This document shows, in pieces, positions 7,807 to 19,269 of a stretch of DNA of 64,000 bases. The DNA comes from an uncultured bacterium. GTDB lineage: Bacteria > Auribacterota > Erginobacteria > Erginobacterales > Erginobacteraceae. The stretch spans positions 32,001 to 96,000 of the forward strand of contig CAWGIE010000011.1 in NCBI GenBank assembly GCA_963822585.1, written 5' to 3'. Within the stretch, counting starts at the first letter, position 1. The number at the start of each line of letters is the position of its first letter. Below the pieces are notes generated by a model. That model ran no database searches and was not told where the DNA came from. It saw only the letters and a list, made by a program, of their open reading frames with translations. The translations under genes and the position numbers were made by a program.

Positions 7807-10800
7807 TTATTCCTCGGCAGCAGGGGTGACGGCGACTTTTATCTTTCGCAGAGCTTCCCCCGCCACTGCCTGCAGAGATTCGATGCCGGAATGCAGCAGT
7901 TCCAGCAAAGGCCCCTCAGCTTCGGGTTCGCCGATCTCACCCAGAGCCCAGGCGCTGGCTTTTTGGATCGGCATCTCGCCATCCGCCAAGGCTTCGATGA
8001 GAGGCTCCACGGCACGGACATCTTTTATCCTGCCCAATGAAGAAGCCGCCCGGGCACGAACGGCTGCTTCATCTTCTTTCAGCGCGATCAGAAGGGGCTC
8101 TAAGGCCGTTCTGTCGCCGACTTCTCCCAGGGCGGACGCCGCATTGGCGCGCACCCCCGGGTCCCGGTCACCGAGCAGGCCGATCAGGGGTCCGGTCACA
8201 CGGAGATCGTTGATTCTGCCCAGGGCTACGGCGACCGATCTCCGGACCCAGGAATCGTCATCTCCCACGGCTCCGATCAAGGCGTCAAGACTCTCCGATG
8301 CCCCCAGCCGCCCCAGAACAGCGGCGGCGCTGGCGCGGACCCCGCTGTCCCGGTCTTTTAAAAGGGCGGCAATCGGCTCCAGAGAGCGGGCATCGCCGAT
8401 TTTTCCCAGGGCCAGGACCCCGCTGTTCCGTACCGACGCCCGGGGATCTTTCAGCGTCTTCACGAGCGGATCCACGGCCTCCCGTCCGCCGAGATTTCCC
8501 AGAGCGAGAGCGGAGCTGGAGCGGACCCCCTCTGCCTCATCATCCAGAGCCTTGACGAGAGCCTCCACCGCGATGACTTCCCCGATCTTTCCCAGCGCGG
8601 ACGCCGCGCTGTTTCTGACCTCGCTGTTGGGATCACCCAGAGCCTCAATCAAAGGTTCCACCGCGCGCACATCCGGAATCTGGGCCAGTGCCGCGGCCGC
8701 GCTCTTCCTCACCTTCTCTCCTTCATCCTTGAGAGCTTCAATCAGGGGCATGATTACCCGGGGGTCCTTGATTCTCCCCAGCGCCTCGGCCGCGGCCCGG
8801 CGGACCCAGTTTTCGTCATCCTTCATCGCCTCCAGAAGCGGCTCCACAGCCCTGACATCTCCCAGTCTCCCCAACGCGCTGGCGGCGGCGCTCCTGATCT
8901 CCCGGTCGGCATCCTGAAGCGCCTCGATCAGCGGGTCGGCCGCCCGGACATCTCCTATCATCTCCAGGGCGGCGGCGGCGGCCACCCGGACTTCCCGTTC
9001 GTCATCCTTCATGATCCCGATCAAAAAATCCACGCTTCGCTCGCCCCCGATCCGGCCGAGGGCGGCCGCGGCACGGGCCCGGACGATCGGTTCCTCATCG
9101 GCCAGAGCCTCGATCAGCGGTTCGGTCGCTTGATCGTCACCGATCCCCCCCAGGGCGCCCGCCGCGTGAGAACGGACCTCCCGGTCCTGATCCTTGAGAG
9201 CCGTGATCAGAGGTTCTATGGAGCGGGGATCGCGGAGACCGATCAGAAGCTTTACCGCCAGGCGCCGGAGCTCCGGGTCATTATCGCCGAGCGCGGCGAT
9301 CAGGCAATCGACCGCCTTTTCATTGACAATATCCTCCAGGGCTTCCGTCGCGCTCCGACGATCCCAGCTCCTATCCTCTTTCAAGATCTGCAGGATCAGC
9401 CCGACCACTTTTTCGGATTCCATCTTTCCCAGCGCATGAGCTGACGCCCGCCGAACCCAGATCTCGCTATCTTTCAGAGCGTTGACCAGAGGCTTCATCG
9501 CCACCTCGTCTCCGATCCTTCCCAGAGCATCCGCGGCCGACCGCCGGCCGCGGGTATCGCCTTCCTGCAACTCGTCGATCAACAGCTGGACCGCGCGGTC
9601 GTCACCAAGGCGCCCCAGCATCACGGCAGCATTGCCACGGACCGCCGCTGATCCGTCTTTCAAAGATTGAATGAGAGGCCTGATCGCCTCTTCGCCCCCG
9701 ATCCGGCCGAGAGCGTCGACGGCGGCTCTTCTCACCCAGCTCTCAGGATCTTTGAGCGCCTTGACCAGGGGGTCAAGCGCCCGCCGATCCCCCAGTTCGC
9801 CCAGAGCGCCGGCCGACCGGCTGCGGACGCCCCGGTTCTTATCTTGCAAACCCCGGATAAGAGGAGGAACGGCCCGGGAGTCCCCGATCCTCCCCAGAGC
9901 GTCGATGGCGGCTCGCTGAACCTGGCTCTCCGGGTCGTCAAGCAGCTCGATCAGCTCCGGGACCGATTCCCTGGCCCCTATTTTTCCCAGCGTCAGGGCG
10001 CCCCGAACGCGAACCGCGGCTTCCTGGTCTTTTAAAGCCGCCACCAGAGACCGGATCACCTTTTGAGTCTGGAACGATCCCAGAAGACTGATAGCCAGCT
10101 TTCGGACGTGCTCGTTTTCATCGTTCATGATCTCCAGCAGCCGGTCGAGAACGTCTTCATTGATTACTTTCTCCAGGGCGCGGCCGGCGGTCCTGACCAC
10201 TTCCGGGTCAACATCCTTCAACGCGGAAACAACGGTGTCTATCGCCTCCGGATCGCCGATCTCTCCCAGGGCGAAGACAGCGGCCGCCCGCACGGAAGAA
10301 TCTTCATCGGACGCCGCCGTGATCAGGGGATAGAGTGCGCGGGGTTCTTTCAGATCCCCCAGCGCGAGAATCGTCGCCCGGCGGACCGCAGCGACGCGGT
10401 CAGGCAGGGTCTCTAGAAGACTATCGGCGGCACGCCGGCCGCCGATCATGCCCAGGGATCGGGCCACCGTCTCACGGACCATGCTGGAATCATATTTCAA
10501 CGTTTCGACCAGGGGCTCCACCGCCTCCTCGTCGCCGATGGCCCCCAGAGCGGCGGCGGCCTGTTTCCGCTCCTCCAGGCTTCCTTCCCGCAGCGTCTTC
10601 AAAGTCACCAGCAGGGCGGCGGAATCCGCAAAAGTTTTAAAAGCGGCCAGAACGGCACTTCTCACGACGCGGGGGGAAACGTCCATCAATTCGATCAGGG
10701 GCCCCAGCGCCCGCTTGTCGGCGATAGCGGCAAGGGCGTTAACCGCACCCACAATGACCGGGATGGAATCATCCCGCAACATCTCCAGAAGCGCTTCGAC

Positions 10801-12540
10801 CGCTTCTCCGGCTCCGATCTTTCCCAGGGCCTCTACCGCGGCGGCCCTGACCATACTCTCCTCTGAATGCAACGCGAAAAGCAGCTTCCCCGTCGCTGAG
10901 CGGTCCCCGATAGCGCCAAGAGCATCCGCGGCTGCCGCCTGTACCACAGGCTGAGAAGATTCCAGCAATTCCAGAATCGGCGGCAGGGCCCGTTCATCAC
11001 CCAATCCGCCCAAAGCTTTGACGGCGCTGATCCTCACTTCCCGTTCATCGTCTCCCAGAACCTCGATCAGGGGCATCACCGCTTCCGACATCCCGATCCT
11101 GCCCAGAGCCTCGGCGGCGCTGCTGCGGACCGCGCGATCACCGTCCCGGAGAGCCACGATCAACGGCTTGAGGCCGAGCTCGCTCCCGATCTTCCCCAGA
11201 GCCTCGGCGGCACTTCTCCTAACCGCGCTCTCCTCATCTTGCAGTGCGCCAACCAGGGATTTGAGCGACCGGGCGCTCCCGATCTTGCCCAGCAGGGAAA
11301 TCGCCAGACCGCGGTCTTCCGGTTCGCCGGTATTGATGACTGCCTGGAGCGCTTCCAGAGACCGCTCATCTACCAGGAGATCCAGAACCTGTTCTATGCT
11401 CTCCCGGACGCGCCCCTCAACCTCTTTGAAAGCCGCGACCAGCGGGCCGACGGCCCGGACATCGTTGATCTCGCCCAAAGCAAAAATGGCGCTGATTTTG
11501 AGGTCGGCGTCCTCGTCTCGGAAAGCCTGGATCAACGGGATAACAGCACGGGGATCGCCGAGCTTCCCCAGGGCGGCGGCGGCGGCACGGCGGACCCCGA
11601 TCTCGTCACTCCTGAGTGCCTTAATCAATACCGGGACCGCTTTCCTCCTGCCCACCTGATCGAGGATCGCCGCCGCCAGTTCCTGTATTCGTTCTTCCTC
11701 CTGGCGTTCTTTGCGCCGAGCCGGACTCTCTTCTTCCGCTTCTTCCTTACTTTGCTCAGCGACCTCCTCCACTTTCTCCACCGCCGCGGCGCGGACCCGC
11801 GCCAGTGCCGGCGCAGCCGGGGCCCGGCGGCGACCGGCGGCGCCCAGGGCGGCGATCAGGGGATCCACCGCCCGTTTTTCCCCGATCTCCCCCAGAGCAA
11901 GAGCGGCACTGATACAAACCCGCGCTTCTTTATCTTCCAGGGTTTCGATCAGGGGATTGACCGCACTCTCCAGCCGGAGCATGCCCAGGGCGACGGCGGC
12001 GCTGTTCCTCACCTCGGCCGCGGCATCTCCCAACGCGGTAACCAGGGGCTCCCCCGCCCGCGGGTCTTCACTTTTCCCCAGAGCCAGGGCGACACCAGAG
12101 CGGCACTCCTCCTTCTTTTCTTGCGCCAGCATCTCGATCAGCGTAACGACACTCCGCTCGTCCCTGATGCCTCCCAGAGCGAGCGCCGCCGCCGACCGGA
12201 CACCGGCTTCCTTGTCATGTACAGCCGTAAGAAGAGATTCGAGGGCTTTGATATCCTCGAACCCGGCCAGCCCTTCGGCGGCAGCCTGGCGCACTTCCGC
12301 CACTTCATCCTTCAAGAGGCCGATCAGGGGTTCAATCGCCCGGGCGTCGCCGATCTTTCCCAGCGCCCGCGCCGCCGCGGCGCGCGCCTCTGCTTCTTCA
12401 TCCCGCAGGACAGCGAGTACCGCGGGGACGGTAAAGGGATTACCGATCTTTCCCAGAGTCTCCACGGTCATCACCCGGATTGGCGGAGATGGATTTGAGA
12501 GCGCTCGGGTCAGATCTTCAATGTCATTCTTCAGCGGCAT
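7807..12540 (-). CDS. Giant PBS-lyase/HEAT repeat protein (1577 aa)
   Basis: Nearly continuous ~31-aa repeats of the form VRxAAAxALGxIGDxRAVEPLIxALxDE. Confidence 0.93.
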   Translation of the reverse strand: MPLKNDIEDLTRALSNPSPPIRVMTVETLGKIGNPFTVPAVLAVLRDEEAEARAAAARALGKIGDARAIEPLIGLLKDEVAEVRQAAAEGLAGFEDIKALESLLTAVHDKEAGVRSAAALALGGIRDERSVVTLIEMLAQEKKEECRSGVALALGKSEDPRAGEPLVTALGDAAAEVRNSAAVALGMLRLESAVNPLIETLEDKEARVCISAALALGEIGEKRAVDPLIAALGAAGRRRAPAAPALARVRAAAVEKVEEVAEQSKEEAEEESPARRKERQEEERIQELAAAILDQVGRRKAVPVLIKALRSDEIGVRRAAAAALGKLGDPRAVIPLIQAFRDEDADLKISAIFALGEINDVRAVGPLVAAFKEVEGRVRESIEQVLDLLVDERSLEALQAVINTGEPEDRGLAISLLGKIGSARSLKSLVGALQDEESAVRRSAAEALGKIGSELGLKPLIVALRDGDRAVRSSAAEALGRIGMSEAVMPLIEVLGDDEREVRISAVKALGGLGDERALPPILELLESSQPVVQAAAADALGAIGDRSATGKLLFALHSEESMVRAAAVEALGKIGAGEAVEALLEMLRDDSIPVIVGAVNALAAIADKRALGPLIELMDVSPRVVRSAVLAAFKTFADSAALLVTLKTLREGSLEERKQAAAALGAIGDEEAVEPLVETLKYDSSMVRETVARSLGMIGGRRAADSLLETLPDRVAAVRRATILALGDLKEPRALYPLITAASDEDSSVRAAAVFALGEIGDPEAIDTVVSALKDVDPEVVRTAGRALEKVINEDVLDRLLEIMNDENEHVRKLAISLLGSFQTQKVIRSLVAALKDQEAAVRVRGALTLGKIGARESVPELIELLDDPESQVQRAAIDALGRIGDSRAVPPLIRGLQDKNRGVRSRSAGALGELGDRRALDPLVKALKDPESWVRRAAVDALGRIGGEEAIRPLIQSLKDGSAAVRGNAAVMLGRLGDDRAVQLLIDELQEGDTRGRRSAADALGRIGDEVAMKPLVNALKDSEIWVRRASAHALGKMESEKVVGLILQILKEDRSWDRRSATEALEDIVNEKAVDCLIAALGDNDPELRRLAVKLLIGLRDPRSIEPLITALKDQDREVRSHAAGALGGIGDDQATEPLIEALADEEPIVRARAAAALGRIGGERSVDFLIGIMKDDEREVRVAAAAALEMIGDVRAADPLIEALQDADREIRSAAASALGRLGDVRAVEPLLEAMKDDENWVRRAAAEALGRIKDPRVIMPLIEALKDEGEKVRKSAAAALAQIPDVRAVEPLIEALGDPNSEVRNSAASALGKIGEVIAVEALVKALDDEAEGVRSSSALALGNLGGREAVDPLVKTLKDPRASVRNSGVLALGKIGDARSLEPIAALLKDRDSGVRASAAAVLGRLGASESLDALIGAVGDDDSWVRRSVAVALGRINDLRVTGPLIGLLGDRDPGVRANAASALGEVGDRTALEPLLIALKEDEAAVRARAASSLGRIKDVRAVEPLIEALADGEMPIQKASAWALGEIGEPEAEGPLLELLHSGIESLQAVAGEALRKIKVAVTPAAEE

Positions 12541-12688
12541 ACTATTTTTACCCCCGTAAAATAATAATGTTCCGATTCTTAAATACCAAGGGAAAATATG
12601 CGTAATACCCCATTTTACTATGAGATTGATACGCTGTTAATTAAAAGTTGCTCTTTCTCATCCTCTGATGATACTTTTTCCTTGGCTT

Positions 12689-12732
12689 TAACCCGATTTA
12701 TTCCTGCCTGCCGGCCGGCATCAATCAGGTTA
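12689..12732. repeat. Solo left end of family C with CCTGCCTGCCGG in the palindrome centre
   Basis: taacccgatttattc[ctgcctgccggccggc]atcaatcaggttagttttgaac. Confidence 0.65.
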
Positions 12733-12777
12733 GTTTTGAACGACAATCATTAATCGTTATCAAAGGATGTAACAAAA

Positions 12778-13176
12778 ATGGAAAAAATAATCACCGTCAC
12801 ATTCCCCGGCAAAAAAAGAGTAAACGCCCAGATAGGAGATATTGTTATCCGGACCGACCAGACCCCGAAGAACGGGGGTGACGGCTCCGCTCCGGAACCG
12901 TTTCAACTGTTTTTAACTTCAATCGCGACCTGTGCCGGCTTATACGCGCTCGAGTTCTGCCGGGCGCGGGACCTCTCCCTGGAGGGGCTGGCCCTCAGAA
13001 TGACCTGCGATTTCAACCCGGAAAAGAAACTGTATACGTCGATGACGATCGATCTCACGCTCCCGGCCGACTTCCCGGAAAAATTTGTTCCGGCCATTAT
13101 CCGTTCCATGGACCTCTGTACGGTGAAGAAACACATACTTCATCCACCCGAGTTCAAGATCAGGACATCCCGCTGA
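12778..13176 (+). CDS. OsmC-family protein
   Basis: TDQ..GG.GSAPEP..LFLTSIATC and C-terminal CTVKKHI. Confidence 0.88.
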   Translation: MEKIITVTFPGKKRVNAQIGDIVIRTDQTPKNGGDGSAPEPFQLFLTSIATCAGLYALEFCRARDLSLEGLALRMTCDFNPEKKLYTSMTIDLTLPADFPEKFVPAIIRSMDLCTVKKHILHPPEFKIRTSR

Positions 13177-13214
13177 GACCTTATTAAATCAAAAGCGTGC
13201 CCATTTCTCATAAT

Positions 13215-13492
13215 AAATCCCAAATCACAAGCACCAAATAACAAATAAATCACAAATTCTAAATCCCAATGACCGAAACTGACAACCGGCAACGCTGGAT
13301 TGATTATTGATATTTTTTCAGAATAGAGATTGCTTCGTCGCGTAGTCTACCCCGATTTATCGGGGCTCCTCGCAATGACATGCCATCCATTTTATGTTCT
13401 CCTTAATGAATCAGATGCCGCCCGATCGTTTGTAATTTCGGTCATTGGAATTTGGAATTTGTTTGTTATTTGGGATTTGATATTTGGAATTT
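13215..13492. repeat. Heptamer-armed inverted repeat, family D, with nested elements
   Basis: aaatcccaaatcacaagcaccaaat...aatgaccgaaac / gtaatttcggtcattggaattt...; homolog at 37176-37436. Confidence 0.85.
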
Positions 13493-13554
13493 TTTCCATA
13501 CACCATGATTAGAACATTGCAATGCCCGATAATGTATAGATACTTAGGTAAGTG

Positions 13555-14406
13555 ATGCATCTTCTCTCTTTCATCTACTGGGATTGCCCCCGGGAGCTGG
13601 CTCGCCTCGGTCCGGTTACCATCCGGTGGTATGGGGTACTCTTCGCGCTCGCCTTCTTCTTCGGATATCTGATCCTTCAGATGATATTCCGGCGGGAGCA
13701 CGAACCGGAGAAAGATCTGGGGACGCTCCTGATGTATCTCCTGGGAGGCACGCTGATCGGCGCCCGGCTGGGGCACTGTTTTTTTTATGAACCGGGGTAT
13801 TACCTGAGCCGGCCGGCGGAGATCATCCGGATCTGGGAAGGAGGTCTGGCCAGTCACGGCGCCGCCGCCGGCATTCTGATCGCGCTCTATTTTTATACCC
13901 GGTCCCGGCCCGGACAACCGTACCTGTGGATCCTCGACCGGCTCGCGATCCCGGTCGCCCTCGGAGGAGCCTTGATCCGCCTGGGAAATCTCTTCAATTC
14001 GGAGATCGTGGGCACGCCTTCCCGGCTGCCCTGGGCATTCGTATTTCCCCGGGCGACGGGAGGACTTCCGGTCCCGCGCCACCCGGCGATGCTTTACGAG
14101 GCCGGAGCGTATTTACTGATCTTTTTAATCCTCCTTCTCGTCTACAAAAAACAGGGGAGCCGGGTGCCCCGCGGCGAGCTGATCGGTCTCTTTTTAATCA
14201 CGATCTTCGGCTCGCGTTTCCTGATTGAATTCGTCAAAATGCGGCAGGCAGCCTACCGGCTCCCCCTCCCCCTGAGCGTCGGCCAGGCACTCAGCATCCC
14301 GGTCATCATCGCCGGGGTTGTTCTCCTGGTCAGAAGCCGGACAAAAAAGATACCCTCCCCGAGCCGCAAAGGAAAAAAGCGAGCCAGGATCACTCACACC
14401 CGATGA
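13555..14406 (+). CDS. lgt: Prolipoprotein diacylglyceryl transferase
   Basis: RWYG, GARLGH, WEGGLASHG, RLGNLFNSEIVG, HPAMLYE, RFLIEF. Confidence 0.96.
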   Translation: MHLLSFIYWDCPRELARLGPVTIRWYGVLFALAFFFGYLILQMIFRREHEPEKDLGTLLMYLLGGTLIGARLGHCFFYEPGYYLSRPAEIIRIWEGGLASHGAAAGILIALYFYTRSRPGQPYLWILDRLAIPVALGGALIRLGNLFNSEIVGTPSRLPWAFVFPRATGGLPVPRHPAMLYEAGAYLLIFLILLLVYKKQGSRVPRGELIGLFLITIFGSRFLIEFVKMRQAAYRLPLPLSVGQALSIPVIIAGVVLLVRSRTKKIPSPSRKGKKRARITHTR

Positions 14407-15218
14407 TGAACTCCCCCCCCGGCAGCGGCGACTATCATTCACCGGAAAGGAAGCTCGGCTGGGCCTCCCGGGCGGCCCCGGGGACGATTTTCTACCTGAA
14501 ACTTTTACAGATCGTGCTTGCGGCCGGGCGCGCGGCCCGGCGGGGGGAATATACCGACGCCGACTGGATCCGTTCCAGCCGGGCGATCCTGACGGCTCTG
14601 GAAGAGGCCGGGGTCCGGGTAACGGTTGCGAATACCGCCTCATTCATTGACTTACCGGAAGCCTGCGTATTCGCCGGCAACCACATGAGCGTCCTGGAGA
14701 CCTTTGTCCTCCCCGGGATCATCCAGCCCTACCGGGACGTGACCTTCGTCGTCAAAGAGAGTTTGCTCTCCTACCCCGTCTTCAGCCACGTTCTGGCCAG
14801 CCGGCGTCCGATCGTCGTCTCCCGGAGGAACCCCCGCCGGGACCTGGAGATCGTTCTCCGGGAAGGAACGGAACGTCTGAAAAACGCTTCATCGATCATC
14901 CTCTTCCCCCAGACCAACCGCTCTCCCTTCTTCTCCCCCGGAGAGTTTAATTCGCTGGGGGTGAAGCTGGCCCGGCGCGGCGGCGTGCCGGTTATCCCCA
15001 TCGCCCTCAAAACCGACGCCTGGGCGACGGGGAAGCGGATACGAGACCTGGGCAGGATTTTCCCGCGGATCCCGGTTCACATAACATTCGGAGAGCCGGT
15101 ACCGGTAACCGGGAGCGGAAAGGAAGCCCAGGAAAGAATCGTCCGGTTCATCTCCGGACGGCTGAGGGAATGGGGAGTGGGAAACGGTGAAAATTCAACG
15201 TTGAACGTTCAACGTTGA
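14403..15218 (+). CDS. plsC: 1-acyl-sn-glycerol-3-phosphate acyltransferase family protein
   Basis: NHMSVLE (HxxxxD/E), FVVKESL, FPQTNR, VPVIPIA. Confidence 0.8.
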   Translation: MMNSPPGSGDYHSPERKLGWASRAAPGTIFYLKLLQIVLAAGRAARRGEYTDADWIRSSRAILTALEEAGVRVTVANTASFIDLPEACVFAGNHMSVLETFVLPGIIQPYRDVTFVVKESLLSYPVFSHVLASRRPIVVSRRNPRRDLEIVLREGTERLKNASSIILFPQTNRSPFFSPGEFNSLGVKLARRGGVPVIPIALKTDAWATGKRIRDLGRIFPRIPVHITFGEPVPVTGSGKEAQERIVRFISGRLREWGVGNGENSTLNVQR

Positions 15219-15229
15219 ACGTTCAATGT

Positions 15230-15646
15230 TCAATCAGCCGGGGCATCGGTCTTCCCGGATGTCTCTCCAGCCGCTTCCGGCGCCGGCTCAACGGAAGCGG
15301 GCGCGGCCGCTTCCGGCGCTGCTCCGGTCTCTCCTCCTTCCGCCGGGATGGCTTCCGGAGAAGCGGGCATCTCCATGCCGGCCGCTTCGATCTCCCTGGT
15401 CAGAGAAGAAGTTTTCTGAGCGGAAAGAAAAGCGAGGACCAGGGAAAAAAGCATGAAGCAGATCGCCAGGACGGTAGTGGATTTTGTCATGATGTCTCCG
15501 GTCCGGGCCCCGAAGATTGTCTGGCCGCCGCCGCCGGAACCGAAGATACCGGCCAGACCGCCTCCCCGGCCGGATTGCAAAAGAACAACCACGATCAACG
15601 CCACACAGATGAGGACATAGAGGACAATTAAAATGGTGAACAACAT
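15230..15646 (-). CDS. secG: Preprotein translocase subunit SecG
   Basis: [17 protein letters not shown], two TM helices, position after tpiA, AAGGAG RBS before ATG 15646. Confidence 0.95.
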   Translation of the reverse strand: MLFTILIVLYVLICVALIVVVLLQSGRGGGLAGIFGSGGGGQTIFGARTGDIMTKSTTVLAICFMLFSLVLAFLSAQKTSSLTREIEAAGMEMPASPEAIPAEGGETGAAPEAAAPASVEPAPEAAGETSGKTDAPAD

Positions 15647-15662
15647 GAATACAATCTCCTTA

Positions 15663-15825
15663 TAAATTAGCGGCTTCGCCGCTAATTTAGTGAATTTTTC
15701 ACTCTTCAAACTAAAAACAGATTGATAATAGTCTAAAAATTAGTTCGTATCCAACAGCTCAATCCATAACGGTAAGCCTTTAGCATTATATAGAAAAAAA
15801 CAAAAATTGTTATCTTGGTTGCTTT
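15663..15825. mobile_element. ~165-bp element, family E, beginning with an AAATTAGCGGCTTCGCCGCTAATTT hairpin
   Basis: Collinear and highly similar to 50840-51000; a more diverged copy starts at 21902. Confidence 0.75.
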
Positions 15826-15840
15826 AAAGAAAAAATAATA

Positions 15841-16599
15841 TCACATGGCGCTGTAGCGAGCAATGGCTATGAACGAACCGGCCTCCAGGCTGGCACCGCC
15901 GACCAGAAATCCGTCCACGTCCGTCTCGGCGATCAGGGACCGGGCATTGTCGGGTTTCACGCTCCCCCCGTACAGGATACGGACACCGCCGGCAATCGTG
16001 TCATTGTAATGTTCCGCGAAAAGTTCCCGGATAAAACGATGGGTGGCGCCGGCCTGCCGGGGCGTCGCCGTCATCCCGGTCCCGATCGCCCAGATCGGTT
16101 CATAGGCAACGACAATCCGGGAAATCCACTCCGAGCCGATCCCCCGGATATCCATCCCCAGCTGCTTCCGCAAAAACTCCTTGGTGACCTTCTGCTCCCT
16201 CTTCTCCAGAGATTCCCCCACGCAGAGGATCGGGGTCAGGGCGGAGACAATCGCAGCCTTTAATTTTTTATTCACGATCTCATCGGTATCCCCGAAATGT
16301 TCTCTCCTTTCCGAATGGCCGATGATGACATAGCTGCATCCCGCCGATTTGAGCATCGGTCCGGAGATCGCTCCCGTAAAGGCCCCGGAGTCCTCCCAGA
16401 AGAGATCCTGGCCGCCCAAAGAGATATTGCTCCCCTGAAGCAGGTCGGCAACCGGTTTCAGATCAACGAACGGCGGACAGATGAGCAGGTCGGCGCCGGT
16501 AAACCCGGCAAGGTCCCGTTTCAACGCCCCCGCCAGATCCAGCGCCTCGGGGATTGCCTTATGGAGCTTCCAGTTACCGGCGACCAATGGCTTCCTCAT
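15841..16599 (-). CDS. tpiA: Triosephosphate isomerase
   Basis: AGNWK, IGHSERR, AYEPIWAIGTG, YGGSVKP, LVGGASL. Confidence 0.98.
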   Translation of the reverse strand: MRKPLVAGNWKLHKAIPEALDLAGALKRDLAGFTGADLLICPPFVDLKPVADLLQGSNISLGGQDLFWEDSGAFTGAISGPMLKSAGCSYVIIGHSERREHFGDTDEIVNKKLKAAIVSALTPILCVGESLEKREQKVTKEFLRKQLGMDIRGIGSEWISRIVVAYEPIWAIGTGMTATPRQAGATHRFIRELFAEHYNDTIAGGVRILYGGSVKPDNARSLIAETDVDGFLVGGASLEAGSFIAIARYSAM

Positions 16600-16618
16600 T
16601 ATTCTCTCCAATCCACGC

Positions 16619-17836
16619 TTATTTTTCCGACAGGGCGGCGATGCCGGGAAGGACTTTCCCTTCCAGGAACTCCAGGGAGGCCCCGCCCCCGGTTGAGATA
16701 TGGGAGATCCGGTCGGCCAGACCGCTCCGGTTGACCGCGGCCACGGAATCACCCCCGCCGATGATGGAGAGGGCGGAGGATTCGGCCAGGGAGCGGGCGA
16801 CGGCCAGCGTTCCCGCGGCAAAAGGCTTCATCTCGAAGACACCCATCGGACCGTTCCAGACAACGGTCCCGGCTTTCCCAATCTTTTCGCCGTAGAGCCG
16901 GGCGGTCTGCGGACCGATGTCCATGCCCATCCAGCCGGACTCGATCCCGTCCCGGGGGACGACCCTGACCGCGGCATCTTCAGAGAACCGGTCGGCCACA
17001 ACATGGTCGATCGGGAGAAGGACCTTAACCCCCCGGCCATCGGCCTTTTTCAGGATTTCCCTGACCAGTCCGGTGACATCGATGGTCTTTCCCATCTTGT
17101 CTTCGATGATCTCCTCGACCCGGGAGTCGCCGACCGGGACCCCGATCGCCTTCATGAACGTATAGGCCATGGCGCCCCCGATCAGGATTGAATCAACGCG
17201 GCGAACCAGGTTCTCGATCACCTTGATCTTGTCGGAAACCTTGGCTCCGCCGAGGATGGCGATAAAGGGACGCGCCGGGTCCGTGAGGGCTTTGCCCAGG
17301 TAATCGATCTCTTTCTGGAGGAGGAAGCCGGCGGCGCAGCGGTCGATGTAGGAGGTCACCCCGACCATGGAGGCGTGGGCCCGGTGCGCGGTGCCGAAGG
17401 CGTCGTCGATGTAGACATCGGCCAGGGAGGCGAGTTCACGGGCGAAGGCGTCGTCTCCCGCCTCCTCTCCGGGATAAAACCGGAGGTTCTCCAGGAGGAC
17501 GACGTCACCGTCCTTCATCTTCCCTACCACCTCCTGCACCCGGGGCCCGATGCAGTCATCAACGAACAGCACCTTCTTATCGAGCAGCTCGGAGAGACGG
17601 ACCGCCACCGGAGCCAGACTGTATTTCGGGTCCTTCTTCCCTTTCGGACGGCCAAGGTGGGAGATCAGGATCGCTTTCCCGCCGTGCTCGATCACATACC
17701 TGATCGTGGGCAGGGCGGCCCGGATCCGGGTATCGTCGGTGATCCGGCGGCTTTCATCGAGCGGAACATTGAAGTCAACCCTGACCAGGACCCGCCGACC
17801 CTTCAGATCAAGGTCTTTTATCCCCAGTTTAGCCAT
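16619..17836 (-). CDS. pgk: Phosphoglycerate kinase
   Basis: [45 protein letters not shown]. Confidence 0.98.
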   Translation of the reverse strand: MAKLGIKDLDLKGRRVLVRVDFNVPLDESRRITDDTRIRAALPTIRYVIEHGGKAILISHLGRPKGKKDPKYSLAPVAVRLSELLDKKVLFVDDCIGPRVQEVVGKMKDGDVVLLENLRFYPGEEAGDDAFARELASLADVYIDDAFGTAHRAHASMVGVTSYIDRCAAGFLLQKEIDYLGKALTDPARPFIAILGGAKVSDKIKVIENLVRRVDSILIGGAMAYTFMKAIGVPVGDSRVEEIIEDKMGKTIDVTGLVREILKKADGRGVKVLLPIDHVVADRFSEDAAVRVVPRDGIESGWMGMDIGPQTARLYGEKIGKAGTVVWNGPMGVFEMKPFAAGTLAVARSLAESSALSIIGGGDSVAAVNRSGLADRISHISTGGGASLEFLEGKVLPGIAALSEK

Positions 17837-17868
17837 TGGAACTTAACCCTCTCTTCGTTCGGGGAGCA

Positions 17869-17964
17869 GGAGTATTGGAGTGATGGAGTAGTGGAGTATT
17901 GGGAGCCGGGCCCGTGGCTTTCACGCACCCCATCACTCCATTATTCCAACACTCCAACACCCCA
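17869..17964. repeat. Octamer (GGAGTNNT) inverted repeat, family F
   Basis: ggagtattggagtgatggagtagtggagtattgg...ccatcactccattattccaacactcca; also at 60144 and split across 5505/6060. Confidence 0.85.
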
Positions 17965-18014
17965 TATCACAATATATTATGGATATTATGGTAATGACCT
18001 GCTACCGCCGTTGA

Positions 18015-19037
<1,023 letters not shown>

Positions 19038-19269
19038 TTAATCAGTGCGCCGGCACGGCGCGTTTTATCAGTGTGGCGAATTCTACTATGCTGTGACACT
19101 CAGTCAAGGGTTTTAACCCGATGTGCCTCGTCCGACGGCGGACAAACATCGGATCGACTTGAAAATACGGCCACGTATTATATCCATGACACCGGAACCA
19201 TCGGGGGAAATGAATCATCCCGGGCCATCCCGGGGTATTTGAAACCGAGAGCGGGGATGGCCACGATCA

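Noticed and set aside
7826..12559. Long plus-strand ORFs over the HEAT gene
   Set aside because: Antisense shadows with S/A/R-rich composition arising from repetitive GC-rich codons.
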